DNA from: Candidatus Nanoarchaeia archaeon
GTDB taxonomy: Archaea > Nanobdellota > Nanobdellia > SCGC-AAA011-G17 > GW2011-AR18
DNA: 55,223 nucleotides
Assembly: GCA_035288845.1 (NCBI GenBank)
Contig: DATDZB010000005.1
Location: 1 to 55,223, forward strand
Reading direction: 5' to 3'
A program made the position numbers and the translations under genes. The notes beneath the pieces are model-generated. The model was not told where the DNA came from and ran no database searches. It saw only the letters and a list, made by a program, of their open reading frames with translations. Positions 17,779 to 27,820 of this stretch are shown piece by piece (the first letter of the stretch is position 1; each line of letters begins with the position of its first letter).

Positions 17779-18732
17779 CTAAGGTTTTACACCAATACCC
17801 ATCTTCAAAAGAGTCTTAGCAATATTGCCGCAGTAAATGTTCATAATCCTCATCTTTTCTAAAAAATAAATATATTCACTAGGATTATTATTTGTACAAT
17901 AATCTAATTTATTAAAAATAGGTCCTTTATTAGCAATAACATCTAAAGCAAGAGGTAGACTTTTAGTAAAGTTTGCTTTCATTGCTAATTTATATTGTTC
18001 AACTAAAGCATTATATGCATCAATGATATGAGGTTCAACTTTACCTTTCAAATGTCTAGGAATTCTTTTTAATTGATCTCCAATTTTTTCAATAAATAAA
18101 GCAAGTTCCCAATAATAAAAAATATCTTCAGTACTTAAACCAACTTTACCTCCACCAGAATGTTCTAAACCTCTTCTCAATACTTTAAAAATAAGATTCG
18201 TAAGTCTATTAACATCAGATTCTTTTTGTTCTAAAGATTCAAAACATCCTTCCATGTTGCCTTTTAAGGCATTTTGAACATCTTCAGCCATAGAAAGAAC
18301 TATTCTATCAACTCTCCTCAAAATATCAAAAGCAGAAACATCACTAAAATCTAACATATCTTTTAAAACAATTTTATTTGAACTTTGTTGTACTACTTCA
18401 AGAGCAGCAAATCCTTGCACAATTTTTCTTATCTCAATAGAATGCTTATGTAGTTCATTTCCAAAAATATTGATAATATGGTAGTTGTTAATGTAAGCGT
18501 AAATCAATTCTGCTTTAAAACGATAATTATCTGCAGTATATTCAATAGAAACTTCCTTACTTGAATTATCATCAAGAGATTTACTACCAATAGGGCTTAC
18601 ATTAACAGAGTTTGCATGAATATCAACAAGTAACTCATCTCCTTTCTTAAGTCCGTTTTTTTGAACCCAGTCTTTTGGAAGACTAATTACATAAGAAGCA
18701 TCCCCAAAACTGATCAATTTTCTGTAGCCCAT
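17779..18732 (-). CDS. AbrB-PhoU phosphate uptake regulator
   Basis: RKLISFGDASYVISLPKDWV AbrB/SpoVT domain; PhoU repeats ESDVNRL and EKIGD. Confidence 0.88.
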   Translation of the reverse strand: MGYRKLISFGDASYVISLPKDWVQKNGLKKGDELLVDIHANSVNVSPIGSKSLDDNSSKEVSIEYTADNYRFKAELIYAYINNYHIINIFGNELHKHSIEIRKIVQGFAALEVVQQSSNKIVLKDMLDFSDVSAFDILRRVDRIVLSMAEDVQNALKGNMEGCFESLEQKESDVNRLTNLIFKVLRRGLEHSGGGKVGLSTEDIFYYWELALFIEKIGDQLKRIPRHLKGKVEPHIIDAYNALVEQYKLAMKANFTKSLPLALDVIANKGPIFNKLDYCTNNNPSEYIYFLEKMRIMNIYCGNIAKTLLKMGIGVKP

Positions 18733-18833
18733 CTTATAAATCTCTATATACTATATAATTTATAATATTAATATAGGTCACTCTTATATATAAAGTTAGC
18801 TGGTCTTTATTAAGAGCTTAGAGGGTGAAAAAA

Positions 18834-19109
18834 ATGTTAGTATTTGCATTATTGAGCGTAAACCAAAACAAAATTCAAGACATATTACATAAAGTAAAAG
18901 ACATTAGTGGCAAGCACTTAAATAAAGTCCATTTAGTATATGGAGAATACGATTTAATTGCAGAAATTCAAGCACATAATCCAGAAACATCTGTAAATAT
19001 TTTAAGAATGATAAAAGAAACAGAAGGTGTAAACACTCTCAAAACTTATGTTGTCTCAGACCAACTAACAGATGAGGCTGTATTGACATTACCTCCGGAA
19101 CCGTGTTAA
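18834..19109 (+). CDS. Stand-alone Lrp/AsnC ligand-binding domain protein
   Basis: VHLVYGEYDLIAEI, EGV..LKT; GAGGGTGA RBS favours ATG 18834. Confidence 0.8.
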   Translation: MLVFALLSVNQNKIQDILHKVKDISGKHLNKVHLVYGEYDLIAEIQAHNPETSVNILRMIKETEGVNTLKTYVVSDQLTDEAVLTLPPEPC

Positions 19110-19123
19110 TTGTTAATGCATTC

Positions 19124-20308
19124 TTATCTGTTAGCTACTATTTCTATAACATCTCTATGATTCAATAAATAATCTTTACCAACAGTTAATCTAGTTTTTA
19201 CATTAATTGCTCTAATAAAATTTTTACCAAAATCAGTATGTAATTTGTAGGCAAAATCTAAAGCAGTACTTCCTTTTTTTAATAAGAAGCAATCAGGTAA
19301 TGTTCTTCCTTGGCTGTCTGTTAATTTATTTACACCACCAGGATAAATTGCAATATAATTTAATAAATTAAACACAGCTTCATCTAAAACATTCTGAACT
19401 CCGGTACTTTTAAATCTATCAAGAACATTATTTTTAACAAATTCTAAACCTTTTTTCTGTTTCTCATTTAATTCTGTTTTAATCTCAAAATTACTTTCTC
19501 CAGGAACATAATTAATAACTCCTGTTTTAGAAGCTTCTCTTAAAGCAATTTCTGAAGCAGCACTGCAGGGAACAATTAAATAATCAGGAAATTGTTCTCT
19601 TAATCTTTCAATGTTTTTCTCAGTTCCAGGAACATCTACTTTATTTGCAGCAATAATCATTGGTTTTGTTTTTTTTCTAACTTCTACAGCTAATTGAAGC
19701 AAAGTATTCTCATCCCAAGTTTTTAGATCAGGATTAAAGTTTTTTAATAGTTCTTCAGCAATATCTTCTGTAACCTTTAAACCGCTTAATTGCTCAGCAA
19801 TAGCTCTCTGTACAGGTATGCTAGCAGTAACATGTTGTCTAACAAATTTATCCCATCCTTTTTTAATAATTCCTAATAACCATAAATCTAATTCTCTTTC
19901 CAAAAATTTAATATCTTTACAAGGATCATGGCTTAAAGCAATTACTTCATCACCTTTTTCATTTGTACTTCCACTTGCATCTACAACATGAATTAAAATA
20001 TCTGCTTGACTTAAATCATTTAAAAATTTAAAACCTAAACCTTTATCCTCATGTGCACCTTCAATTATTCCAGCAACATCTAATAATTCTACAGGAACAA
20101 ATCTTTTACCATTAATACAAAAACCGCTTCTAGGGTTGCATTGTTTTCCTAGTTCTTTATCAATACAATCTATTTTTACATATCCAACAGCTCTATTAGG
20201 TTTTATTGTTGTAAATGGATAATTAGCTATATCTACTTCTGCCAAAGTACAAGCTTTGAAAAAACTGCTTTTTCCAACTGAAGGTTTACCTACAATTCCG
20301 ATTAACAT
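19124..20308 (-). CDS. ychF: Obg-family YchF/OLA1-like ATPase/GTPase
   Basis: GKPSVGKS, YPFTTIKPN, DVAG, NKVD; C-terminal TGS domain. Confidence 0.93.
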   Translation of the reverse strand: MLIGIVGKPSVGKSSFFKACTLAEVDIANYPFTTIKPNRAVGYVKIDCIDKELGKQCNPRSGFCINGKRFVPVELLDVAGIIEGAHEDKGLGFKFLNDLSQADILIHVVDASGSTNEKGDEVIALSHDPCKDIKFLERELDLWLLGIIKKGWDKFVRQHVTASIPVQRAIAEQLSGLKVTEDIAEELLKNFNPDLKTWDENTLLQLAVEVRKKTKPMIIAANKVDVPGTEKNIERLREQFPDYLIVPCSAASEIALREASKTGVINYVPGESNFEIKTELNEKQKKGLEFVKNNVLDRFKSTGVQNVLDEAVFNLLNYIAIYPGGVNKLTDSQGRTLPDCFLLKKGSTALDFAYKLHTDFGKNFIRAINVKTRLTVGKDYLLNHRDVIEIVANR

Positions 20309-20363
20309 ACAAAAATGTATTTAGCTAATATTTAAATAGCTTTTTAGTCAAATTTTAACATCA

Positions 20364-21035
20364 ATGGCAATAAAAATTATGGCTCATAGATGTGGTGATT
20401 ACTTTGGACCAGAAAATTCCAAGCAAGCTTTACTAAAAACTCTAAAATATAAACCAGATATTATTGAAATAGATGTAAGAAAAAGTTCTGATGGTGTTTT
20501 ATTTTGTTATCATGGAAATATTTTAGAAGTATTATTTAGTAGATTTTATTTCAACAAACCATTTAAAAGATTACAAGAAAAATACAGATCATTAGTAACT
20601 TTAAGAGAAATTGTAAAAATAATAGGAAATAAATGTGAAATATATTTAGATATTAAAGATAGTAGGATTAATGATAAAGATTTAAAAAATGTTTTCAAAG
20701 GAATAAAAACAAAGCAAGTTTATATTGGATCTGCATTATTTAGTTTTATAGAAAAAATAAAAGTTCCAAAAAAATGGAAAAAGGTAGTAGTTGGAGTAAT
20801 TGATTTTAAAATAAATATTGAAAGGGTAAAAAAAGCAAATATTCGCATGGTTCAATTATTCAAATGGAATTCTACTAAAAAAAATTTAGAAAAGCTTAGA
20901 AAAAATAGTGTTGAATTTGCATTAGCAAGTTGGTTTTTAAAACCGAAAAATTTTACAAAAAAAGCAATTGAAAAAAAGTCTACTTGGGTTTGGGATTATA
21001 ATATTCTAAATTTAAAAAAAAGATTAAAAAAATAA
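20364..21035 (+). CDS. Glycerophosphodiester phosphodiesterase family protein
   Basis: AHR...PENS, EIDVRKSSDG..CYH, YLDIK. Confidence 0.8.
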   Translation: MAIKIMAHRCGDYFGPENSKQALLKTLKYKPDIIEIDVRKSSDGVLFCYHGNILEVLFSRFYFNKPFKRLQEKYRSLVTLREIVKIIGNKCEIYLDIKDSRINDKDLKNVFKGIKTKQVYIGSALFSFIEKIKVPKKWKKVVVGVIDFKINIERVKKANIRMVQLFKWNSTKKNLEKLRKNSVEFALASWFLKPKNFTKKAIEKKSTWVWDYNILNLKKRLKK

Positions 21036-21037
21036 TA

Positions 21038-21181
21038 TGGGCGAGAAGAGATTTGAACTCTCGACCTTTGGCTCGCTTAGCAAAACTTCTGGTTTTTTAG
21101 TTTGTGTACCAAAAGTCGTCATATAAGACTTACATTCATTTTTTAATGATCAATGCTCTAACCAAGCTGAGCTACTCGCCC
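21038..21181 (-). tRNA. trnI-UAU: tRNA-Ile(UAU) with two BHB introns (29/30 and 37/38)
   Basis: Exons 21181-21151, 21129-21122 and 21073-21038 splice to a 75-nt cloverleaf with stem UUGGU/GCCAA and loop CU-UAU-AA; introns of 21 and 48 nt each form a BHB. Confidence 0.88.
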
Positions 21182-21292
21182 ATCTAAAAATAAGCCCCGA
21201 AAAACCTATTTAAGCTTTTTTATTAAGAATAAAATTAGTAATTCTAAAAAACAGCTAAATTTATAAAGAAAACCTTTAGTTCCTTCTGTATT

Positions 21293-21367
21293 GCTCCGAT
21301 CGTCTAGTCCGGCCCAGGATGAAGCCCTTTCGAGGCTTTGACGCGAGTTCGAATCTCGCTCGGAGCA
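21293..21367 (+). tRNA. trnE-UUC: tRNA-Glu(UUC)
   Basis: GCTCCGA/TCGGAGC acceptor; AAGCC-CT-TTC-GA-GGCTT; GCGAG-TTCGAAT-CTCGC; no encoded CCA. Confidence 0.97.
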
Positions 21368-21416
21368 TCCTATTATTCTCAAAAATTATATAAACAACTC
21401 TTCCTAAAATTGTAAA

Positions 21417-21953
21417 ATGGAAATAAAACCTTACAAGCAGTCTCTATCTAATAGTTGCTTAGTTGCAGCTTTCTTAATGTTACTAGAATCAGAACATAAA
21501 ATAGAATTTAGTAAAAAAGAGGAAGAAGAAATAGTAATGAAAGGAATGAACAGAAAATTTTCTTTTTATATAGTTGGAGTACCAAAAGAATTTTTCTACA
21601 AGTATAAAAAAAGAATAAATATAGTTGTTGATAATAAATATTTCACAAATGTTTTAATCAAAGAATTTAAAGATAAAAAGAATTTTAAAATAGTTCATGA
21701 AAAAATAACAATTGATTTAATAAAAAAATTAATATTAAAACAACCAGTAATATGTCATATAGATGATAATTTATTAGGAGATTATTCACATGCTTCTCAT
21801 TTCATAGTAATAGAAAAAGCAACAGATAAAAATTTTATGATAATTGATCCATGGAGTGGAAAAAGAAAATTAATTTCATCTAATAAATTAGAAAAAGCAA
21901 TAAAAAGTTTAAAAGAGCATGTTAAAATGTGTCCATTAATATTCTATCTTTAA
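21417..21953 (+). CDS. Peptidase C39-like protein
   Basis: Q..SNSCLVAA (Cys), HFIVI (His), IIDPW (Asp). Confidence 0.75.
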   Translation: MEIKPYKQSLSNSCLVAAFLMLLESEHKIEFSKKEEEEIVMKGMNRKFSFYIVGVPKEFFYKYKKRINIVVDNKYFTNVLIKEFKDKKNFKIVHEKITIDLIKKLILKQPVICHIDDNLLGDYSHASHFIVIEKATDKNFMIIDPWSGKRKLISSNKLEKAIKSLKEHVKMCPLIFYL

Positions 21954-21956
21954 ATT

Positions 21957-23186
21957 TTATTTATTTCTAATCAAAGCCCAGCCAACTAAATGCCATCTAT
22001 TTCCAATTCTTCTAGAAATTGCCATTTTACTTCCAGGAGCAGCACAAACTGGTCTTCTTAATTTAACTTTAATTCCTTTTTTCTCAAGAGATGTAACAAT
22101 TCCAGCAGTAGTCATTGCATTAACATTTAACATTAATGCTTCAGTTTTTTTAATAGGCTCAACTTTTAATTCTTCTTTACTTCCAATAACATGTTTAAGC
22201 AAATAAGTTTCTAAGATTAATTCTTCATATACACCAGGTAATTTATCAACTAAACCTACAACACTGCCAGCTAATTGATCACCTTTAACAATTGCAGGAT
22301 CTAGATTTGTTTGCATAGCAATAGATCCGCCAGGTTTTACACTTTCAACACTAACACCGCCAGTAACTAAAGATAATATATTAGTTTTGATAGAAATCCA
22401 TTTACTAACACCTTTATCATGAATTAATCTGCCAGGCCTAATTTCAATATTATCATTAACTTTGAAAACTCCTTCTTTTATTGCTCCACCTAAAACTCCA
22501 CCATGTAATTTCATAACATCAGATCCAGGTTTATTAATATCAAAACTTCTAGCAACATACAAAATAGGATCTTTATTCAAATCTCTTTCAGGTGTAGGAA
22601 CAAAAGTTTCTATAGCTTCAATAATATAATTAATATTAATATTATGTTTAGCAGAAACAGGAATTACTGGTGCATTTTCAGCAACACTTCCTTTTGTAAA
22701 TTCTTTTATTTTATTATAATTATTAAGTGCATCATCTCTGCTTACTAAATCAATTTTGTTTTGAATTATAATAATATTTTTTATTCCTAGAATTTCTAAA
22801 GCAGTTAAATGTTCTCTAGTTTGTGGTTGAGGACATTCTTCATTTGCAGCAACAAGTAATAAAGCACCATCAACAATAGCACTTCCACTTAACATTGTTG
22901 CCATTAATGTTTCATGTCCAGGAGCATCAACAAAACTAATTGTTCTTAATTTCTCAGAATCATCAGTTTTTTTTGTAGTATAAATTCCATCTTTAGTTTT
23001 ATAAATTGTAATATCTGCATAACCTAATTTAATAGTAATTCCTCTTTTAAGTTCTTCACTATGACTGTCTGTCCACTTGCCAGAAATTCTTTCTAGTAAA
23101 GTAGTCTTGCCATGATCTACATGTCCAACTAAAGCTACATTAACTAATGGTTGAACATCTTCTGTATCTTTGCCTTTCTTAACCAT
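21957..23186 (-). CDS. eif2g: Translation initiation factor 2 gamma subunit
   Basis: GHVDHGKTT, RGITIKLGY, DAPGHE, QPQTREH, NKID, W.LVGW. Confidence 0.97.
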   Translation of the reverse strand: MVKKGKDTEDVQPLVNVALVGHVDHGKTTLLERISGKWTDSHSEELKRGITIKLGYADITIYKTKDGIYTTKKTDDSEKLRTISFVDAPGHETLMATMLSGSAIVDGALLLVAANEECPQPQTREHLTALEILGIKNIIIIQNKIDLVSRDDALNNYNKIKEFTKGSVAENAPVIPVSAKHNININYIIEAIETFVPTPERDLNKDPILYVARSFDINKPGSDVMKLHGGVLGGAIKEGVFKVNDNIEIRPGRLIHDKGVSKWISIKTNILSLVTGGVSVESVKPGGSIAMQTNLDPAIVKGDQLAGSVVGLVDKLPGVYEELILETYLLKHVIGSKEELKVEPIKKTEALMLNVNAMTTAGIVTSLEKKGIKVKLRRPVCAAPGSKMAISRRIGNRWHLVGWALIRNK

Positions 23187-23237
23187 AAAATGTCGAAACA
23201 GAGAACGTTTTTAAATGTTGTCATACAGGTAAATCTT

Positions 23238-23564
23238 ATGATAATAAAAAACAAAAAAGATTCTTTTAATGTAGATCATTACAAAACAACTCTAAAACAT
23301 CTAAGAGGTTTAATACTAAAAAGAGTAAAAAATGATGGTGCATTATTTGAATTCAAAAAAGAAGTATATGTAGCATTGCATACTTTCTTTGTTTTAAGAA
23401 AAATAGATATTGTTTACCTAGATAAAAATAAAGTAGTTACAAAAATAAGGAAAAATATTTTACCTTTCACACTTTACATACCGTACACAAAATGTAATTA
23501 CATTTTAGAATTAAAAAACTCAAAAAATATAAAATTAAAAGATAAATTAAAATTTAAAGAATAA
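23238..23564 (+). CDS. DUF192-family protein
   Basis: RGL..., LHTFFV..KIDIVYLD, YILEL; start reset to MIIKN. Confidence 0.8.
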   Translation: MIIKNKKDSFNVDHYKTTLKHLRGLILKRVKNDGALFEFKKEVYVALHTFFVLRKIDIVYLDKNKVVTKIRKNILPFTLYIPYTKCNYILELKNSKNIKLKDKLKFKE

Positions 23565-23583
23565 GTTTAACGATAATTAAATT

Positions 23584-24009
23584 TTAAAAATTCCTAAGTT
23601 TATTTTCTACTTCATGAAGTTCCATTTTAAGTCTAATAATATCATCATTTGTATATTCAGTTTTAGGTTCTTCTAATTTAGGCATTTCGTGTTTCTTAAT
23701 CTCGACTTTAGACTCTGGTAAATTCAAAGCAGGTAAAATATGATGAAGTTTGCTTAATGATTTTCCTAATTCCTCATAATTTTTTGCAAAAGAAGACATT
23801 AAATTAATTTTTCTTTCTTTAACCATTCTAAGATCATCATAAGATTTAATTAACCTTGTAACTAAAATTGCAGATTCTAAAATAGATCTTCTTAAAGAAA
23901 CAGGATTATTAATTTGAATATGAACTGGTTCTAAATCCTTTTCAACAATTTTCTTATCCTCAACATGTTGATGGTGCTTTTCATGATGCACTTTTTTCTT
24001 AAAGCTCAT
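23584..24009 (-). CDS. Hypothetical coiled-coil protein
   Basis: 141 aa; helical; start abuts the stop of the upstream gene. Confidence 0.7.
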   Translation of the reverse strand: MSFKKKVHHEKHHQHVEDKKIVEKDLEPVHIQINNPVSLRRSILESAILVTRLIKSYDDLRMVKERKINLMSSFAKNYEELGKSLSKLHHILPALNLPESKVEIKKHEMPKLEEPKTEYTNDDIIRLKMELHEVENKLRNF

Positions 24010-24537
24010 CTAAACCTCAAACAAAGATTTATCAACAGACATAAGTTTTTCTTTTACAGTAGATAAATCTCTTTTCCAAGTTTGAAGTTTTTTATCTTCA
24101 TCTTGTCTTACATCTTCCAAAGCTTTTAGTAGCATTTCAGCATTGCTTAATTTTTCTTTTAGAACATTTATAGTATTCATAACTTCTTTGTAATTATCAA
24201 GTCTTACAAATAAAGGCTTACCATCTTGAGGTAAATTTCTAGAACTAGATCTAATAACATTTTCAACAGGAACTTCTTCTAAAAATTCTTCTTCAGGAAC
24301 TGTTTTTATTGTAGCTCCAGCCATTCTACTAGTTCCAAAATTTTTTTGTCTCATTGGAACATCTAAATCATCATTCATTCCATCTCCAATTTCTCTTTTA
24401 ATATCCGCCACTGTAGGCTCATATCTTGGAAAATCTGACATATCATCAGTAGAAGGGAACTCAGGCATGTCTTTCGGCAAATTTGCTTGAGAAATCTTTG
24501 ATTGTTCTTTTTTCTTACCTAATCCGAAAATACCCAT
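24010..24537 (-). CDS. Hypothetical protein with C-terminal coiled coil
   Basis: MGIFGLGKKK N-terminus, disordered middle, PLFVRLD.Y...W...L..VK heptads. Confidence 0.75.
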   Translation of the reverse strand: MGIFGLGKKKEQSKISQANLPKDMPEFPSTDDMSDFPRYEPTVADIKREIGDGMNDDLDVPMRQKNFGTSRMAGATIKTVPEEEFLEEVPVENVIRSSSRNLPQDGKPLFVRLDNYKEVMNTINVLKEKLSNAEMLLKALEDVRQDEDKKLQTWKRDLSTVKEKLMSVDKSLFEV

Positions 24538-24744
24538 AAATACTCCTCTTATTACTTAAAAATTAGAATTAATCCATTAAAAAACTTTTTAATTATTATA
24601 AAATAGTAAAAAAACTAGTAAATATAAATTATAAAGTATATATTAAACAATAATCTTCTATAAAATGACAGTATAACCCAGAAATAGCCAATTTAAAGCA
24701 AGCTTTATAAATTTTGTCCCCCAAAATTGAATTACTACATCAAA

Positions 24745-25284
24745 ATGGCAATAAAGAAAAAGGAACTTGTAAAAAAGGTAAAGGATGCTGAAAAACCTAC
24801 TGAAGATCAAATAAAGGAAACTCTATTAGAAATAGGTGGAGAATTCTCCTATGAGTTATATAAAATCCTAAAAGGTAAAGAAAATGTAGACGAGTTTGAC
24901 ATTGCAGAGAAGATAAAGATCTCTATAAATCAACTTAGAAATTTAATCTATAAATTTGAACAATATAATTTAATTAGTTCTACTAGGAAAAAAGATAGGA
25001 AAAAAGGTTGGTATATTTACTTCTTCACATTAAATCAAAGACAAGTAGAAGACATGGTAAAGAAAATAAAAAGTGACAAAATCAAAAAATTAGAAAAACA
25101 ACTTGAAAGAGAAACAAATTTCCAATTTTATAGATGTCCAAACAAATGTATTAGGATACCAACTGAAAATGCAATGGAAAATAACTTCTTATGTGTTGAA
25201 TGCGGCAGTTTGCTTGAGCATGAAGATCAAGAAAAGATAGTTTCTAAAATTAAAAGATCTATAAAAGATTTAGCTGAAGCTTAA
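24745..25284 (+). CDS. tfe: Transcription factor E (TFE alpha)
   Basis: wHTH DEFDIAEK..NQLRNLIY, GWYIYFF; Zn ribbon CPNKC..CVECG. Confidence 0.9.
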   Translation: MAIKKKELVKKVKDAEKPTEDQIKETLLEIGGEFSYELYKILKGKENVDEFDIAEKIKISINQLRNLIYKFEQYNLISSTRKKDRKKGWYIYFFTLNQRQVEDMVKKIKSDKIKKLEKQLERETNFQFYRCPNKCIRIPTENAMENNFLCVECGSLLEHEDQEKIVSKIKRSIKDLAEA

Positions 25285-25832
25285 AATATCATTTGGAATA
25301 AAGGAATCCAAATTTTAAAACCATCTAAAGGCGGAATAGGTAAAATATTAAAAATAAACAGCCACTTATTAATTTCTTTAGTTAAAGTCAAAAATATAAT
25401 AGTATTTCTAGATTTAATATAAACAAATTTAACAATTAACAAACCACCAATCCATAAAACTAAATTAACTAAAGGACCAGAAGCAGCTGTCACAATTCCT
25501 TGTAAAGCACTAGCATTTGCAATAACAACATAACCAGGAGCCAATAAAATAAAACCACTTCCTAAAAGTTTTAGAATTAAACCTAAACCTAAACCAAAAT
25601 AAGATAATTCAAAGTGAGCACTTAAACCAAATGCAATAGCAACAAATTTATGTCCTAATTCATGTAAAACAATTCCAGGAGCAGCAACTAAACAAGCAAA
25701 CCAAAATCTTTTCCAGTCAAAACCTATTTTTAATTCTTTTGAACTAGAAGGTAAAAAATCAGAAAAAATAAAGCCTATTACAATAGTTGCTATAAATAAA
25801 AAAATAATTTCTATTAAGGTTATAAACACCAT
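25281..25832 (-). CDS. M50 (site-2) membrane metallopeptidase
   Basis: HELGH, GPLVN, NILPIPPLDG. Confidence 0.9.
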   Translation of the reverse strand: MVFITLIEIIFLFIATIVIGFIFSDFLPSSSKELKIGFDWKRFWFACLVAAPGIVLHELGHKFVAIAFGLSAHFELSYFGLGLGLILKLLGSGFILLAPGYVVIANASALQGIVTAASGPLVNLVLWIGGLLIVKFVYIKSRNTIIFLTLTKEINKWLFIFNILPIPPLDGFKIWIPLFQMIF

Positions 25833-26012
25833 TTAGTTTTCGAAACCTAAAAGTAAAAAGATTAAACCTATAACAAAAACTAATACAGGTATCCCTCCTT
25901 TTAGTAAAACTAAAAATTCATCCCACCAGCTTAATGGAGGAAAAAATGAATAAATTGCAGCAACCATTAATATCAAACCAATAACAATTTTTAATATTCC
26001 TGTTGAATTCAT
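25833..26012 (-). CDS. Small 2-TM membrane protein (59 aa)
   Basis: Hand translation MNSTGILKIVIGLILMVAAIYSFFPPLSWWDEFLVLLKGGIPVLVFVIGLIFLLLGFEN; stop abuts the M50 start. Confidence 0.7.
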   Translation of the reverse strand: MNSTGILKIVIGLILMVAAIYSFFPPLSWWDEFLVLLKGGIPVLVFVIGLIFLLLGFEN

Positions 26013-26100
26013 AATGGAATGATCTAAATCACATATTTATAAAGATTTTTATAGTAAAGCACCAGAAAGGTTTATAAACAAAACCTAGTTGGCAAATAAA

Positions 26101-26703
26101 ATGGGATTAATCAAACATCTTAAGTTATTTCAAAGAAAAGAATCTGATGCTTTAAATGAGATAATTAGAACTAGATTAATAGAATGGAGAAAAGAAGCAA
26201 CTCCTTCAAGAATTGAACATCCTACAAATTTAATCTCAGCAAGAAGACTTGGTTACAAAGCAAAACACGGTTTTGTTTTAGTAAGAGTAAGACTTTCTAG
26301 AGGTCAAAAACAAAGACCAAGCATTAGGCATGGTAGAAGATCAGCTCATATGAGACAAAGATTAGTTTTACAAAAAAGTTATCAAAGAATTGCTGAAGAA
26401 AGAGTAAACAGAGCATATCCTAATTTAGAAGTTTTAAATTCATACAAAGTTGGAAAAGATGGCCTTCATTATTGGTATGAGATTATTTTAGTAGATCCAC
26501 AAAGTCCTGAAATAAAAGCAGATAAAGATATTTCATGGATTACTTCTGGTAAACATAAAAATAGAGCAGCAAGAGGTTTAACATCTGCAGGTGACAGATC
26601 TAGAGGTCTTAAAGGAAAAGGAAAAGGACATGAAAAGATGAGACCAAGTAAAACAGCTGCTTATAGAAGAAAAGCTAAACAAAGATACACAAAGTATTAT
26701 TAA
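26101..26703 (+). CDS. rpl15e: 50S ribosomal protein eL15
   Basis: ARRLGYKAKHG, AEERV, VLNSY, RGLTSAG. Confidence 0.97.
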   Translation: MGLIKHLKLFQRKESDALNEIIRTRLIEWRKEATPSRIEHPTNLISARRLGYKAKHGFVLVRVRLSRGQKQRPSIRHGRRSAHMRQRLVLQKSYQRIAEERVNRAYPNLEVLNSYKVGKDGLHYWYEIILVDPQSPEIKADKDISWITSGKHKNRAARGLTSAGDRSRGLKGKGKGHEKMRPSKTAAYRRKAKQRYTKYY

Positions 26704-26772
26704 AATATTTTCTTTTTATTTAAATATAAAACTAATAGAAAAGTTTATAAGAAAAAAGAATTCTATAACTTC

Positions 26773-27171
26773 ATGTTTGGATTTAAGAAAAAACATGAAA
26801 AATTAATAGATGAAGTTAAGAGTGCAGTTACAAAATTTAGAGAATTCTCACTTGAACATCCAGAAATACCAAGTACTTATACAATGGAAGGATTTGAAAA
26901 TATTCTAAAAGATTTAGAAAATGTGAAAAAAGTAATAGATCAAAAACTAGTTTTTGACGAAGGTAAAAAAAGTCCAGAAAAAAAACTTATGGATAGTGCA
27001 GCTAAAGATTATAGTCAAAATGGATTTTTACAAGAAACAGTATATGCTCAAATAGAAGATAGTACATTAAGAAATGAATTAGAAGCACATTATAGAGAAA
27101 TACAAAAAGCAGTCATTAATTTATTAAAGTACATAAATGTAGACTATAAACCAAATATATCAAAATATTAA
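26773..27171 (+). CDS. Hypothetical protein
   Basis: 132-aa ORF starting MFGFKKK. Confidence 0.65.
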   Translation: MFGFKKKHEKLIDEVKSAVTKFREFSLEHPEIPSTYTMEGFENILKDLENVKKVIDQKLVFDEGKKSPEKKLMDSAAKDYSQNGFLQETVYAQIEDSTLRNELEAHYREIQKAVINLLKYINVDYKPNISKY

Positions 27172-27275
27172 AGTTTTATAATTTCTCTTTTTTCCAATTC
27201 TTCAATAACAATCATTATAGGACCAGAAACTAGAATAAACAACAATATCAAAATTAATATTATACTGAATCCCAT
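27168..27275 (-). CDS. Possible 35-aa single-TM peptide
   Basis: MGFSIILILILLFILVSGPIMIVIEELEKREIIKL; starts 1 nt after the histone stop. Confidence 0.4.
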   Translation of the reverse strand: MGFSIILILILLFILVSGPIMIVIEELEKREIIKL

Positions 27276-27276
27276 T

Positions 27277-27489
27277 TTATTTCAAAGATAATTTTATATC
27301 TGATCCTTTAACAGTTTTTCTTCCAGAGTGTAAAGCAATTTTAATTGATTTTTCTCCTAGTTGTTCTGCATATTCTTCTAATAATTCTCTTAAAACTTCC
27401 TTAGCATCCTCGCTAACTCTAGGAGCACCAGATTTTTTAAGTAACTTTTCCATAGCTGCTAAAGGCAGTATTTTTTTCTCGTTTGTCAC
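27277..27489 (-). CDS. Archaeal histone (HMf-like)
   Basis: LPLAAMEKLLKKSGAPRVSEDAK...HSGRKTVKGSDI; GTG start with GAGGGG RBS. Confidence 0.93.
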   Translation of the reverse strand: MTNEKKILPLAAMEKLLKKSGAPRVSEDAKEVLRELLEEYAEQLGEKSIKIALHSGRKTVKGSDIKLSLK

Positions 27490-27529
27490 ATATATATCCC
27501 CTCAAAAAGAACTTATATAAGTTTCGGTA

Positions 27530-27784
27530 TTATTTCTTAAAGAAAATTTTACCCAATTTTACATTCTTCCTTTCTAAGAAAGAAATCAATAAAACAACCA
27601 GGATTAAAATAAGTATTATAGCAATAATTGTAGATATGAATGCAAATAAAAACACTAGAACTAAAGTTGCAGCAACTGCAATTAATAGCCTGTTTAATAT
27701 TGAAAATCTCTTGTCTAATTTAAGAAATACTATAATTCCTATTACTAAAATTAAATAAAATGCTAATGTAGTAAATAACCCCAT
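27530..27784 (-). CDS. Small membrane protein
   Basis: 84 aa, 2-3 hydrophobic helices. Confidence 0.7.
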   Translation of the reverse strand: MGLFTTLAFYLILVIGIIVFLKLDKRFSILNRLLIAVAATLVLVFLFAFISTIIAIILILILVVLLISFLERKNVKLGKIFFKK

Positions 27785-27820
27785 ACAAAGTTTTATATTA
27801 GTCTAGATTTAAACTTTTCC

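Noticed and set aside
18744-18776. CTATATA tandem repeat and CTATAT/ATATAG inverted repeat upstream of the AbrB-PhoU gene as an operator
   Set aside because: Six- to seven-bp AT-only arms cannot be told apart from TATA elements or chance at this base composition
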